The notes under the pieces are model-generated. The model had not been told where the DNA came from and made no database searches. It was given only the letters and a program-made list of their open reading frames with translations. DNA of 64,000 nt. Origin: Lepidodermella squamata. Its lineage: Eukaryota; Animalia; Gastrotricha. Location of the stretch: contig JBLDXI010000013.1 of assembly GCA_047495785.1 (NCBI GenBank), forward strand, positions 3,658,001 through 3,722,000, written 5' to 3'. The translations under genes were made by a program, and so were the position numbers. The number at the start of each line of letters is the position of its first letter. The stretch's first letter is position 1. This document shows, piece by piece, positions 47,627 to 59,671 of the stretch.

Positions 47627-48397
47627 TTAATTCGAGCAGTCAGTCACGTCGAGACCATTGTGCCATCGGTACCAAACTAAAAATTGAAAAAATTAGAAAA
47701 ACATTATTTTAATTAACAATTTATTTTTACCTGAGGAGGGAAAGGTGAATAAAGTCGATAGAAGCCAGCAAACATTAGCCGCGTTCAACACGAGGGAAAT
47801 CGCCGCCATAACCGTAGCGCAGCCAATCGAATTACAACCAGCAAGTTCCGGGTTCAAATTAGGCGCGTAATCTTCCGAGGGTGGCACAAGCAGTCCAGCC
47901 AGCAGAATCCCGACGCAAACAACCGAACCAGCGGCTAGAAAGGACCTGAATAGCGTCGTTTGCCTCAGCACAAGTTCCCGCTTGTCGTAATCGCCGAGTT
48001 GTAGCATTAAAAGCCGACCGAAAATCGCGAAAATTTGACTGGCGTTAATTCCCATTGAGATTGAAAATGCTGCTAGGAGGGTTTTGCTATCGCCCTGGAA
48101 GAGCTTTTTAACGACGAAGAACAGCCCTAGGCCGTCGACGATCAAAGCCAGGGTGGCTAGAGAGGCGAGTAGGATTAGGAAGAATTTGCGATCGCCGGCC
48201 ATAGGGGCGGATTTTGCGGCCTGGCGTTCGGCGTCGTAGGCTTCGAGTTTCCTCGCCGCCCCTCGGACTATTTCGTCGTTGGTCATAACGGAGCCGGCGT
48301 CGCTGGATGGGTAGCGGCGGATGGAGAGTGTACCGACTGTTGGTACCCCACCTGATGCGATGTTATTACTGTTAGCTGCCGCCTGGTCGCTTTTCAT
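47627..48397 (-). CDS. Four-TM protein TM-A (divergent family member, 238 aa)
   Basis: Exons 48397-47731 and 47676-47627 in frame; four hydrophobic segments; GCNSIGCATVM matches the family motif. Confidence 0.72.
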
Positions 48398-50521
48398 GCC
48401 AGATACAAGTGAAAGATCCGATAAGAAAATACTATAGGCCTGAGCCTGAATACTATAACAAAGGTATTATTAAAATTATAGAAGCCGGTGATTTCAGCAA
48501 AAAAGGTCGCGTGAGATGTAAGGAACCAAAAATTGAGTTGGAAACTTTTCTCCCAAGACTTTTCTCTCTAATCAGCGATGACAGATGAAAAAATTGTTCG
48601 AGAATGTTTTGTATTTAAAGACAATCGAATCTCCCGGACAATCGAATAAAGAAAAATTAAGTTTCCCTGCTTTTATTTCGATAAATTGCAATGGTATTCC
48701 TATAGTATATTCCTATAGTAAATGGTTCCTACAAAAATTCTTGAGATATTTCAAATTTCTTGATTATATCAGAAATCCAAATAAATTGCGTTTAAATTTT
48801 GCGTGAATTTCCATGAAGGGTCAAATTATCAATTTGAGAATAAGGATGAACCACAAGATAAGAAAAGGAATATACTCCGAAGTTTTAAAAGCCGGAAAGC
48901 CGTTTGAAAACGCCCCAAAATTGGACATTTCTATTCGTAATTTTAAATAACTTGTTAGAGATGGCTATCGATTTATGCTTTAAAGATTATGCCCTCATCA
49001 TTCAGCCGTGCGATTTATATAGGATAGGAACGATCATTGGCTCTAAGGTAAAGCCGACGTTTTCGAGGCCGTAGAAAGAACTCGGTTGTCGTAAGTTTTG
49101 GCGAGCTCTCAACTTTTCGACACGACAGCCCTTGATAGAAAACTAAGCGTGAGCAAAAGATCAGAGAAGTAGGACAGTAAGGATAAGGAATCGTCCTATA
49201 AGGGTCCGCCTCTTTCTGGTCTTTAGCTGAGTATACCACACGGACCTAACCCTAACCTGGTAGGGATCCCTACCATCCCATGCGGTACTTTGCTTTGCAA
49301 TGGAGGGAGATAGAGAGACAGATGCTCAAGATATATGGTCCACCTTTCAAGAGGTTTTCAAGATGGAATCAGGATCAAACCACTCAACCCAGGTCCCAAC
49401 CTCCATTAATCATTAAAATTGTATCAAAATAATAAATTTATGATGAAAAGATATCTCTAGTTCTAATTGAATTATAAAAAAAATTGTAAAGAGATACGAT
49501 GATAATTTTTCAAAGGAATATATTAAAATTTATTGCCGCCAGTTGTTGTTTCAAAATGTTTTGCAAGACTTTTCAAATGATGACGATAAGCGCCCGAGTT
49601 GCGGCACAATACTTTTTATTTCACCTAAAAAGAGATACACAGTACCTATATCAGTATGTTTTGATGGAGAGCGTGTAAAAAGCGGGCTCGTCACCATCAA
49701 CCAGCCACTCACTCACTCACTCACCTGTGCGCGCGAGAAGCGGGTGTAATAATAATGATAAAGCGCGCGCGCGCACATTTTAATGCGATACGCGCTTTGT
49801 TTTTGCGCCGCGCTAGATATAGGGCCAATTTACTTTTATTTGTGCGCGCCTCTGGCTATACGCAAAGAGCGTGGTGATATGCTGGTGGCGGTGCCGCGCA
49901 CTCTCGCCCGCCGTAAAGGTATCGCCTTAGCCACTATTAGCCGCAGCGTGTGTTTCCCGTCATTCAGCGCCGTTAATGTGTTTTGTTAGTGTTTGCTGTG
50001 ACTCGCTCACCTTGTTAAGCCGTCACATCGGCGCCGCGCTACACCTTGCACACGGCACAGGATAACAAAAATACGGCTTTTCGTTGCCTATTTTCACAAT
50101 ATCTCGCCGTGTTTATCCGGCGCCCGGCGAGATTTTCTGAGCCCGCCAGCAATAAAAAAGGCTTACGTAGGTTGAGTGTATATATAAATCGGGACCCTTT
50201 AAAGCTCGAGCAGCGGCGACTCGACCCGGAAACGCGCAAGGTGCGAGACAAGTGAGAAAAATGACTATCGCGCTTACTTACAAATCCAATGTTTATTCTG
50301 ACATATCGCGGTATACCTAAGACAAATAATATTCCATTATATATATATCACAGCAGTTCATTCAAACAATAATAATATTTATTATTCAAAAATTATTTCA
50401 AGTTGAAAACAAGACAATAATATAAGAAGCAAAATATATCAATCAATAAAACTGGTGCTTGCCAGAATCCTAGAAAATATATGGCAGGTTCGATTCTCTC
50501 GGTGGTATACATAGTATTGAT

Positions 50522-52268
50522 TTAGACTTTTTCTTCCTGAGATGCTGGCTGTGAGGTAGTCGCCTGATTTTGCCCGCCAGCATTCGTTTGCTGACCGGCA
50601 TTTTCTTCATCCTCACAGCAGATTCCGCAGCAGAGTATGCAGCAGCATGAGCAAATGCCGACGCAGAAAGCACACGGCAGGCAGATGGCGAGTAGGGCGA
50701 TGCGGCATCCGTAGTAAATACTCGCTGGAAAATAATATAAAAAATGGTTTAATATGAGGAATTCAACTGTGGGAAAATGCTCATTCCGAATTCAAGAGAA
50801 TCCTCCTTAATAGCTTCTATAGCAGTCCGATGTTATTTGTTGTTTTTTGGGACCTGCTTGACCCTTCAAATATTTGCACTGGCAATGTTAATGAAGTATT
50901 AATATGGGTCGACATATTGCGGGTGAACAAAAATATTGCACCACTCAAAAGTTATCAGCTCACAGAAGCGGTGAATGAATTCCAAGTATCAATTATTTTA
51001 CTAACAATTGCCATCTTTTTCAAGATTAAGATCCAGAAAGCGAGTTAGCTGAACAATAAAAATTGGACCTGAAGCTAAAATTGAGTGTTGATTTAAGGGT
51101 GGCATCCTGATCGCTCAAAATTGCCGATGAAAAAGCTATCCTTAAACAAAATTTTAGGATATTTTAATCATAGCTGAATCGGGTATCCAGAAGGGTATCC
51201 CTAATCCCTAATACAGGCTTTCGAGTCTGAATATTCGCACCACGAAAAGAGAGGTTGCACCAGTAAAATTAGTTTGCTATTTTCTGACATTTTGGTATTT
51301 CAACTATTTGCTGTACCTTGGGATTAAATCTTGGCAAGATCTTGGCGGATCTTTCCAAGATTCATCAAAGATCTGAATTAAAGAATTTAAAATTTATACA
51401 AGCTTAAGGATTCTCATTCGAGCTCTCTAACCTCCTCTTAATCATCTTACAAACAGGTTTCACAGGCTGCTGATTGAAGGCTGAGGTATGGCTCGTAAAC
51501 AAAAGGCCGATAGCGCGTCATAGTGAGATCTATCGATTAGGAATAGTAAGAAAAAATATTATATCATTGGGGAAACCTCTAGACCATAAAGATTACATAA
51601 AATTCAGTGGAATCTATAAGCGGAGTTTAGTTCTGGAATTTGGACTACCCGAATCTTCGCAGTTTTTGTCTCTTAAAAAATTCCGCTTTCAAGGCTTCCG
51701 ATATCAACAAATGCTTACCACAAACTGCCATAATGTTGGCACAGCCCCATCCATCGGCGCACCCGAACGACTCAGCGGGTGCGATAGGGGTGCTCGTTCG
51801 CAGGGCATGAACCAACAGGCCAAACGCGACACAGCCTCCAACAAAGTAAAACAAGTTGACCCCACCTGCAAAATAAATTACTTAGCTATTAACGTGCTGA
51901 AAAAATTGAAAAAATCTTCACGAACAATACAAAGTATCCCGCCAACGGCTTGACGGTTCCCCAACTTGTTTATCGCAAGTCAGCAGCATAAGCATTAAAT
52001 TCAGCAAAATTTCAGCACTAGTGATGCCGATGCAAGTTGCGAACGTGATTTTAAAGCACTGCTCATCGCCTCGAAATTGGCCCTGTAGCGTGTACATTAA
52101 ACCGGCGATGACGAAGCCGAGAATGCAGAAATTCGACCACATGTGGCCGCCCTCGCGTTTCGGGCTCGGTTTAACCGCCTTGGCCGCAATAGCCGCGGTT
52201 TTGCCGGTATTTTGGCCCGTGGTCAGGGCGACAGCTTGCTGCTGCTGGGTGTTATCAGTCGCCGACAT
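50522..52268 (-). CDS. Four-TM Cys-rich protein TM-B (about 230 aa)
   Basis: Exons 52268 to about 51926 (donor uncertain), 51865-51719 and 50724-50522; ALTTGQNTGK, KREGGHMWSN, FGCADGWGCANIM, tail CLPCAFCVGICSCCCILCCGICC. Confidence 0.8.
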
Positions 52269-52757
52269 TTCGCCCTTTGTGTTTTTTAGACCATAACAAT
52301 GTGAAGCTTCGTGCATTAGCGGTGGTAAAACCTTGAGCGAAGAATATAAGTATATATACGGCTGTGTGAAAAATAATTTGCAATTTAATATTCCATCAGC
52401 TCGGACGCGGCACACCGCCGCGTGTGGTCATTGTTTCCTTTCGCACACTATCGATAATTATCATCCTGCGTGAGCGTCAAAAATCGATTGGCCAAATATA
52501 GCATTTGCGCATTAAAATTAATATAATAATGCGCGCTCTGAAATTTCTAGGCGATTTACTTGTTTTTATTCGCATAACATCCAGGTATATAATAGGCAAT
52601 TTCATTGTCAGTTTTTTTAATCACAGTAAAATGAAGCTGAGTTGAATCGAAGGAGATAATCAATTATCCAGGCAGTGGAGCAAATTTCAAAATTTTGAAT
52701 TTTTTTAAATCGGTGGAATTATAAGATTTCGGAGTTCTCGAATGTTTAACAGATTTT

Positions 52758-53603
52758 TTAAAGGCGTGACGTGGCTTGTTTAGGTTGTTGAGCTTCAGCG
52801 TCACGGTTCGTTGATGATGAAGCGGCGGCTCCAGCAACGCAACAGGCCGAGCAGGCGCAGCAGCCGAGGCAGCAGAGGCACGGCAGGCAGATAACAATGG
52901 CGAGAAGTCGGAGACCATAAACCACAGCAGCTAAAAAAATATAAAAAATATAATTTAAATATTAATTTAAAATTAAATTAATTATTTCATGCGCATGAAT
53001 TTTAGAAAAATATACGCATTTTTAATTTTCCAACAATTCTCAAAATTTTATAATTTTTTTATAAATTCTTCTGAATGTTTTAAATTTCATTTACGGCTTA
53101 CCAATAACTCCCATGATGTTAGCACAGCCGAATCCATTAGCGCAGCCATATTTTTCATTCGGCTCCTCAGGTTTGCTAGTAAGTAAGGCCGCCACAAGAA
53201 GGCCGAAACAAACGCCGCAACTCGCGAGGTAAATCAAATTCGTCAAGGCGGCGAGACAAGCCGGGCCGCATTTTTTACAACACCCCGCATTTTTGTCATC
53301 ATCCTTATCGTCTTTCCGAGAGATGATTATGATGATGATGTTGAGGATTGTTTCGAAGCCACTGATTCCGATCGCGCTGGCGAAGGCGACTTTGAACAAG
53401 TGACCGTCGCCCCGGACTTGCTCTTTGATTGTTAGAACGAGACCGGCGATGCAAAACGATATGACGACGATATTTGACCACAAATGGCTGCCCTCGCGTT
53501 TTCGATTAGGCTGGACGGCCTTTGCGGCTAAACTTGGCGTTTTGCCGGTATCTTGGCCGGTCGTTAAAGACTGGGCCTGTTGCCGATTCGTCTGAGCTGA
53601 CAT
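52758..53603 (-). CDS. Four-TM Cys-rich protein TM-C (224 aa)
   Basis: Exons 53603-53102 and 52930-52758; SLTTGQDTGK, KREGSHLWSN, YGCANGFGCANIM, CLPCLCCLGCCACSACC. Confidence 0.85.
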
Positions 53604-55243
53604 TAAATTTTCTACAGGAAAATCGAAGAATTATATTAGAAAATCAGTTCACTGTTTATTAATCGAAGAAATTTTTCATTTTTTTTCACAGCTCTATTTA
53701 AAAATTTGGTAATAGGTTTATAACCGAGAAACACTATTCATATGGGCGGTGTATACAAAATTTGTTTATCACATGACCGCGCCATAATGACTTTGGTATT
53801 TGGAAAATGGTAAATAAAATTGAAGCCATGGTAGCGCCGCATTGAGGCCGATATTGATGATTGCGGCAAAACGTCTGCGGCTTGGGTCATCGTCATCAAA
53901 ACGCACGCCCCGCTGCGACGTGACCGCTTGAAATGTCACTGCTTTTTTATTGAGCGCACACGCGTGCTGTGAAAGCCGATGAAGTATTAGGCCACACCAT
54001 TCGTAATTTTGAAAATAATAAATATAAATAGCCGAAAACAGATGCTATTTTTAGATGATGCGATGCGTGATTTTGAATAGTAAAAAGACAGGTTTGAAAA
54101 CTAGTTTCCTTGCAAGTTATACTCGCTCTTATATTTAAGGTATTATCGGCAAAAAAATCGAAAAACATTATCTTTTGATAACCTAATATGAATGAAATTC
54201 CTCTTGAATTCCTGTGATTCACTGATGTTACTTTTTTTTGTAAAAGGCGAAAATTTGCGGCTGTTCCTCAGCGTGAATTTAACTGTGTCAATGAAAGTCC
54301 GATAAAAGGCCACTAAATTGCACTTGGACATGCGCACTTGAATACCTTATTACCTTATGCAGGGTAATGCAGGCTATTAATTAATGCAGGGCTATTTATT
54401 ATTGGGTCTAATTTGTGTTTTGCGAGGTTCCAGCATTAGATTTGAGCGTCCGACTCGAATTTTTCTGAATTTCAGCTTTCATATCCACACAGTTGTCCAC
54501 ATGACCATGAGATCTTTCATTTAAGCTTGCACCAGCTATAGCTGTTGAAACAAATTATGGCTTCAAATTCAATTATGGCTTCCGAGATAGCCAATATCGA
54601 AAAAATCAGTGATTTTTAAATTTCGATACTTGGAATTAATCGATATTTGCTCTTTAGTCTGAACTCTCATAGCGCAAAATACGTCTGATCGGTCTTTTAG
54701 CACTTTGAGTATTGAGAGTCGCGACTCATATTAGAACATGCACATGGGTCTAAATATTTGTACCACTTAAAATGAGGTTCCAGCACTAAATTTAAGCTTC
54801 CTGACACTACATTTTTCACATTCTTTGGAATTTCGGCTTTTTCGTTTTTTGATGGATACTGATGCCCTCCTTTAGCCTATGATCCTTTTAGCTACCTGGC
54901 GCCCTAAGTTACGTAGAAAAATAATCGATGTAGGGTTCCACGACGGCTGATATCGGAAAAATCACTGGTTTGTAAATCGATACTTGGAATCGATATCAGC
55001 TCCGCAGGCTAAGTATAGCTCATATACGGCCCGCTCATAGCGCAAAAATACGCGTAATATTGATTATGCAAAATGATATTATAGTGAGAAATTGAAAATA
55101 TTTATTTCAAATATCAGCTGCTGTAAAAATGAGAATAAAATCAACGGCAAACTTATGACGTAGCACAATGTCCTTTGCGAAAACGTATATAGCCATAATG
55201 ATTTTTTCGATCGGCCACCAATTCGATCACCTATCCAAGCTTA

Positions 55244-56128
55244 TCATTGCCTGGACGGCGACGAAGTCGGTTGTTGATCTGATGTTGGCTGGCGAGTAAC
55301 CGTTGAAGCAGTCGACTGCTGTGTGGCACGAGCTGAGCCACGCTCGGCCGAGTTGGGCGAAGAGCCATTGCTGTTCTGCGGGCAGCAACAGCCCATAAAG
55401 ATGGCACATGGTAGGCAAATGGCTATAATAAGAACTCGGAGGCCGTATATAACACAAGCTATATAGAAAACAGGGATGAATTCCGATTGGAAGATTAACT
55501 TTAGGATTCATTCTTACCGACTATTGCCATAACATTCGCACACCCGAAACCGCTCGCACATCCGTATTGCTCGCTGTAAGGCTCGTTATGGCTTGTAGCC
55601 AAAGCTGCAACTAGCAGCCCGAAACAACCACATGAACCGGCCAGGTAAACCATGTTGATAAAAACTGCAATAAATTTTTGAATAAATAATAGGAGAAGTT
55701 TAATGGTTTTTCATTGTTTTTCAAAAATTTCAATTTTTTAATTTTTAATTTTAATCCTGCTTACTTGCCAGACAGCAGGCTCCACATAACCGGCAGCAGC
55801 CTTCTTCGTTAATGTCCTTTGTGCCATGTCTTGTGATGATCATCAGCAGAATATTGAGTAAAATCTCCCCGCCACTGATGCCGATCGAATTGGCAAACGC
55901 AATTATGAACATGTAATGGCTGCCGCGAACCCGAAACTGCAGCGTGAGTACCAGCCCGGCGATGCAGAACGCGAGTACGATCAGGTTCGACCACAAATGG
56001 CCGCCCTCGCGCTTCTTGTTCGGCTGCGTGGCATTGGCGGCGAGAGCTGGCGGCGCCGACTTGCCCGTGTCGCGGCCCGTGGTCAGCGAGCGGGCCGCCT
56101 GCCGATCGGCCGAGTCGGCAGAGGACAT
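55244..56128 (-). CDS. Four-TM Cys-rich protein TM-D (241 aa)
   Basis: Exons 56128-55765, 55664-55518 and 55458-55244 in frame; SLTTGRDTGK, KREGGHLWSN, YGCASGFGCANVM, CLPCAIFMGCCC. Confidence 0.85.
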
Positions 56129-56240
56129 TTCCGCAAGATAATCCAAAGCAATTGTGATTATAACAGACTAAAAAGCGAACGACGCAAAAATTATAATTCT
56201 CAGGAATTATTCTGAAATTTTGAACTTTCCAACTTTCCTT

Positions 56241-56437
56241 TTGGGCAGACCGTCATAACAACAATAAGCCAAAACATAATCACGACAAAACAGCAGTTTT
56301 TCAATTTGCGTCATAACAGCAGAAATTAGACGCATCTTTTACAAAGAAAGTTTTCGCTGTTTCGTCGCGAAATAAAAAGTTTGCTGTTTTGTCACATTTG
56401 CTGTTCTGCGCAGTTGCTGTTTTGTCGCCATGCCCAA
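56241..56437. mobile_element. Small foldback/MITE-like element upstream of TM-D
   Basis: TTGGGCA..TGCCCAA termini; GACAAAACAGCA / TGCTGTTTTGTC inverted subrepeats. Confidence 0.5.
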
Positions 56438-58297
56438 TTTTATAAGCGCATTTCTAATTTTGTTTCTTTTTTGAGAAAATTAAGATAAATCAAATCGGAA
56501 AATCAAATCCCAGAAATGGAATTTTAAACCTGTCTCTCGATTTTATGAGCAAAAGAAGAAACTGCTTTTTACAGAATGCTCCGCTTCCGTGATGTCACCC
56601 CAAAATCACCCCTTTTTGAACCCTCAAAAAAACCTCCGGGAAAACCCATATTTCCCAACGGATTGAGGTCAAAGGTCAAAACCAATCCTAATAATCAAAA
56701 CTTATCGATTAAAATGAAACAAAAAATAATAATTTATACCATTTTGTTGCTTTGAAAATATGAGGATTCAAGGTCGTTTACATTCGTTTTTCGGTGAGAC
56801 AGGTATTTTTCTTCTTTAGATTTTATTACATGAAAATAGCATTCTGACACCGCTTTTTTCTTGTCATCTACCGCCTTAAAACTAACGTGAACAAAAAATC
56901 CGACTTTTTTAACGACGCTGACGATGTTATAAAGATCTGGTGGGTGAGTATAGCGCGTCAAAAACACCTTCACTTTGCCTGTAAACATTAAAGAAGCATA
57001 CACGAGTTTGATAAACTACCATGTTAGTCGCGGTTGAAGAATTCATTTCAAACAATTAATAATATTCCCAGAAGCTAAAATATGCGGAAATAAAGGAAAT
57101 TAAGGAAATTGGAAATTTGAAAATCGATTTTTTACAAATCGAACACGTAATATCGAAAAGGGATGAAACAGACGAACGGTGAATGATCTATTGCTTTCTA
57201 TTATTAGGTACATACCTACATACATACCTATAGAACATATGCTCATCTGTTTTCTGGACTGATATAGCATAGACAGGGGAATGGTACGCTAACATTGCAG
57301 ATAGATGTTATATAACGGTTGCTTGATTTCGCTTAACACGGCTATTTATTGTTATAACATTATACGATGCTATGGTTTTCATTATTCAAACCACGGGCGA
57401 TTTATCGCATTATTCCGAGTATTGCCTATAAGGAGCCGAGGGTAAAACTAATAGGCAAGCGCTGAATATTTCCTGTGGTTGTTTGCTTTAAGGATGCTGA
57501 GGAATAATTTGCTATTGGCGATATGTCCACCTTGAAGGTCTTCAAAAAACAGCCTCAATTGCATCCTAATATAAGAGTTTAGGGTTCATTTGTCCGTATC
57601 TAGTAGTTAAGGAAAGCTAAATAGTGTTCGCGGGTCTGCAAATGGGGCTTTATCTCCATAGCAGCCGTAATGAATGAATGGATCAAGTACCTTTCTGCAC
57701 TTTCGCTGTATAAACGCGCGGCCTGGGCAAATGAAACCGCCGCTGGGCGTAGTAATAATTAGTTCGAGTCGTTGAAAGATGGCGTCACGCACCTAAGACC
57801 ACGCGTTCAATTGAGCTGAATGGGCGGGCCATCGCAATTATAATATTTATTCTTACCAGTTTATATACCTATAAAAACAAGGCTGAAGATTATAATCGCT
57901 CACCTCAGATCATCAAATTTATTTTCCAAATTTTTTCAAACAATTTTTTTCCGGCAGCATATCAAAAAGAAGCAGTTATCCATTTTATGCAGTTAAATAA
58001 TGTTGAATTTCACAAATAATAACAATAATAGCATAAATCGGCAACACGAATAATTAAATATCAAGTTGTATAATAATATAAGAGAAGGCTTTTTGATGTT
58101 TTAAAATGTTTTTTTTCAGCAGAAAAAATTGTACAGGTAAATTAAACAGCACGTGATGATTTAAAGCATTCCCACAATAATTCAGAATCTATGCAGCAAA
58201 AATGTTGGAAGATGATGCAACAAATAAGCTTTCGACGAGCACACACGCTATATCCGTCAATATTGATGGCAGGTATTTAAAATTGGGTGTTTGCGGT

Positions 58298-59671
58298 TTA
58301 GAGATTCGCGTTTTGCTGCGCCTCGCCGCCGTCACCAGCCGCTGCAGCAGCGCAACACGCCGAACAGGCGCAGCATCCGGCGCAGATAATGCACGGCAGG
58401 CAGATCATGATTGCTAGAACACGGAAGCCGTAGATGATGCAAGCTAGAAAAAAAAGAAAAATGGAAAAATTATTTGAATTTATACAGGTAATCCTACCAA
58501 GTATGGGAACAATGTTAAGCGCAATTTGCGCAAACGAAAACTGCGCAACAAAAATTGAGCAGGCAATTTAGACCAAAACGACAAAAGAGCAAAATTAATT
58601 AAGAGATTTAACCGAGATCATTTGCTCAACGAATTGCTCAACGATAAAAGATATTAGGAATTTAGAGCAACGACTACTGAGCAACCTCTTCATTTTTTAA
58701 TAAAAGCTGCGCAAATTTCTTTGCTATAATATCACTGTGGAAATAATTGCTCTTTTGTCGTTTTTCGCTTTTTCGCTGTTTCATTTTGCTCTTTTTACGC
58801 TGCGCATTTGTTGTTTGCGCCAAAAGAGCGGAACAAAACTCAACCGTATAAGGATCAGAAGAACAAGTTTGCAGTATTTTTTTTTAATTTTAGGGAGCCA
58901 AATTTTGTAAGAAATTTAAACTCATTTTGAAATTTGTCCCAAAGTCGAAAAAATCGAAAATTATTCTATTATTCCTCATTCCGTAATAACCAATAGGATC
59001 CTAATTTATGATAATTTTTGAAAGATGGTCACTAAGATGGTAAGATGGCGGATGGTAACTTAGAATATAGTGATAAAAATGGCTCACCAATGATAGCCAT
59101 GATGTTGGCACATCCGAAGCCATTCGCACAGCCATAAATTTCATTCGGTTCAATTTCTTTGCTCGACAAAAGAGCCGCGACAAGGAAACCAAAACTGACA
59201 CAACAGCCGACAAGGTAAATGATGTTTGTGATACCTGAAAAATTAAATAAGTAATTAAATCGAAAGGCTTGAGGTGAGAACGATAAGTTTAGTTGGAAGC
59301 AAGTTTTGAATTTCATTACCTGACAAGCAGCAAACTCCACAGACTTTGCAGCACCCTGTTTGCTGGCCATCCTCGCCGGTCTTAGGCTTACAACACGCCA
59401 TCATGATGATGTTAAGGATGATTTCAGCACCAGTAACCCCGATGGCTACGGCGAACGCAATGAGGAAAAGTCCACTTTCGCCGCGAACCTGCTGCTTGAT
59501 GGTCAGCACAAGACCAGCAATGCAGAAGGCGAGTACGAAAATGTTTGACCATAAATGACCACCCTCGCGTTTTCGACTCGGCTGCTGAGCTTTCGCCGCC
59601 AGGCTTCGATTCTTCCGAGTATCCTGACCTGTTGTCAGCGACTGAGCGGCTTGTTGATTAGCATCAGCCAT
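58298..59671 (-). CDS. Four-TM Cys-rich protein TM-E (214 aa)
   Basis: Exons 59671-59320, 59234-59088 and 58443-58298 in frame; SLTTGQDTRK, KREGGHLWSN, YGCANGFGCANIM, CLPCIICAGCCACSACC. Confidence 0.87.
58511..58834. mobile_element. Foldback/MITE-like element in TM-E intron 2
   Basis: Inverted subrepeats AAAACGACAAAAGAGCAA / TTGCTCTTTTGTCGTTTT and GCGCAAAC / GTTTGCGC. Confidence 0.5.

Noticed and set aside
57640-57860. Possible Tc1 transposase remnant (WPAHSAQLNAW resembles WPxxSPDLNPIE)
   Set aside because: Only one degenerate motif; no TIRs or DDE context identified.
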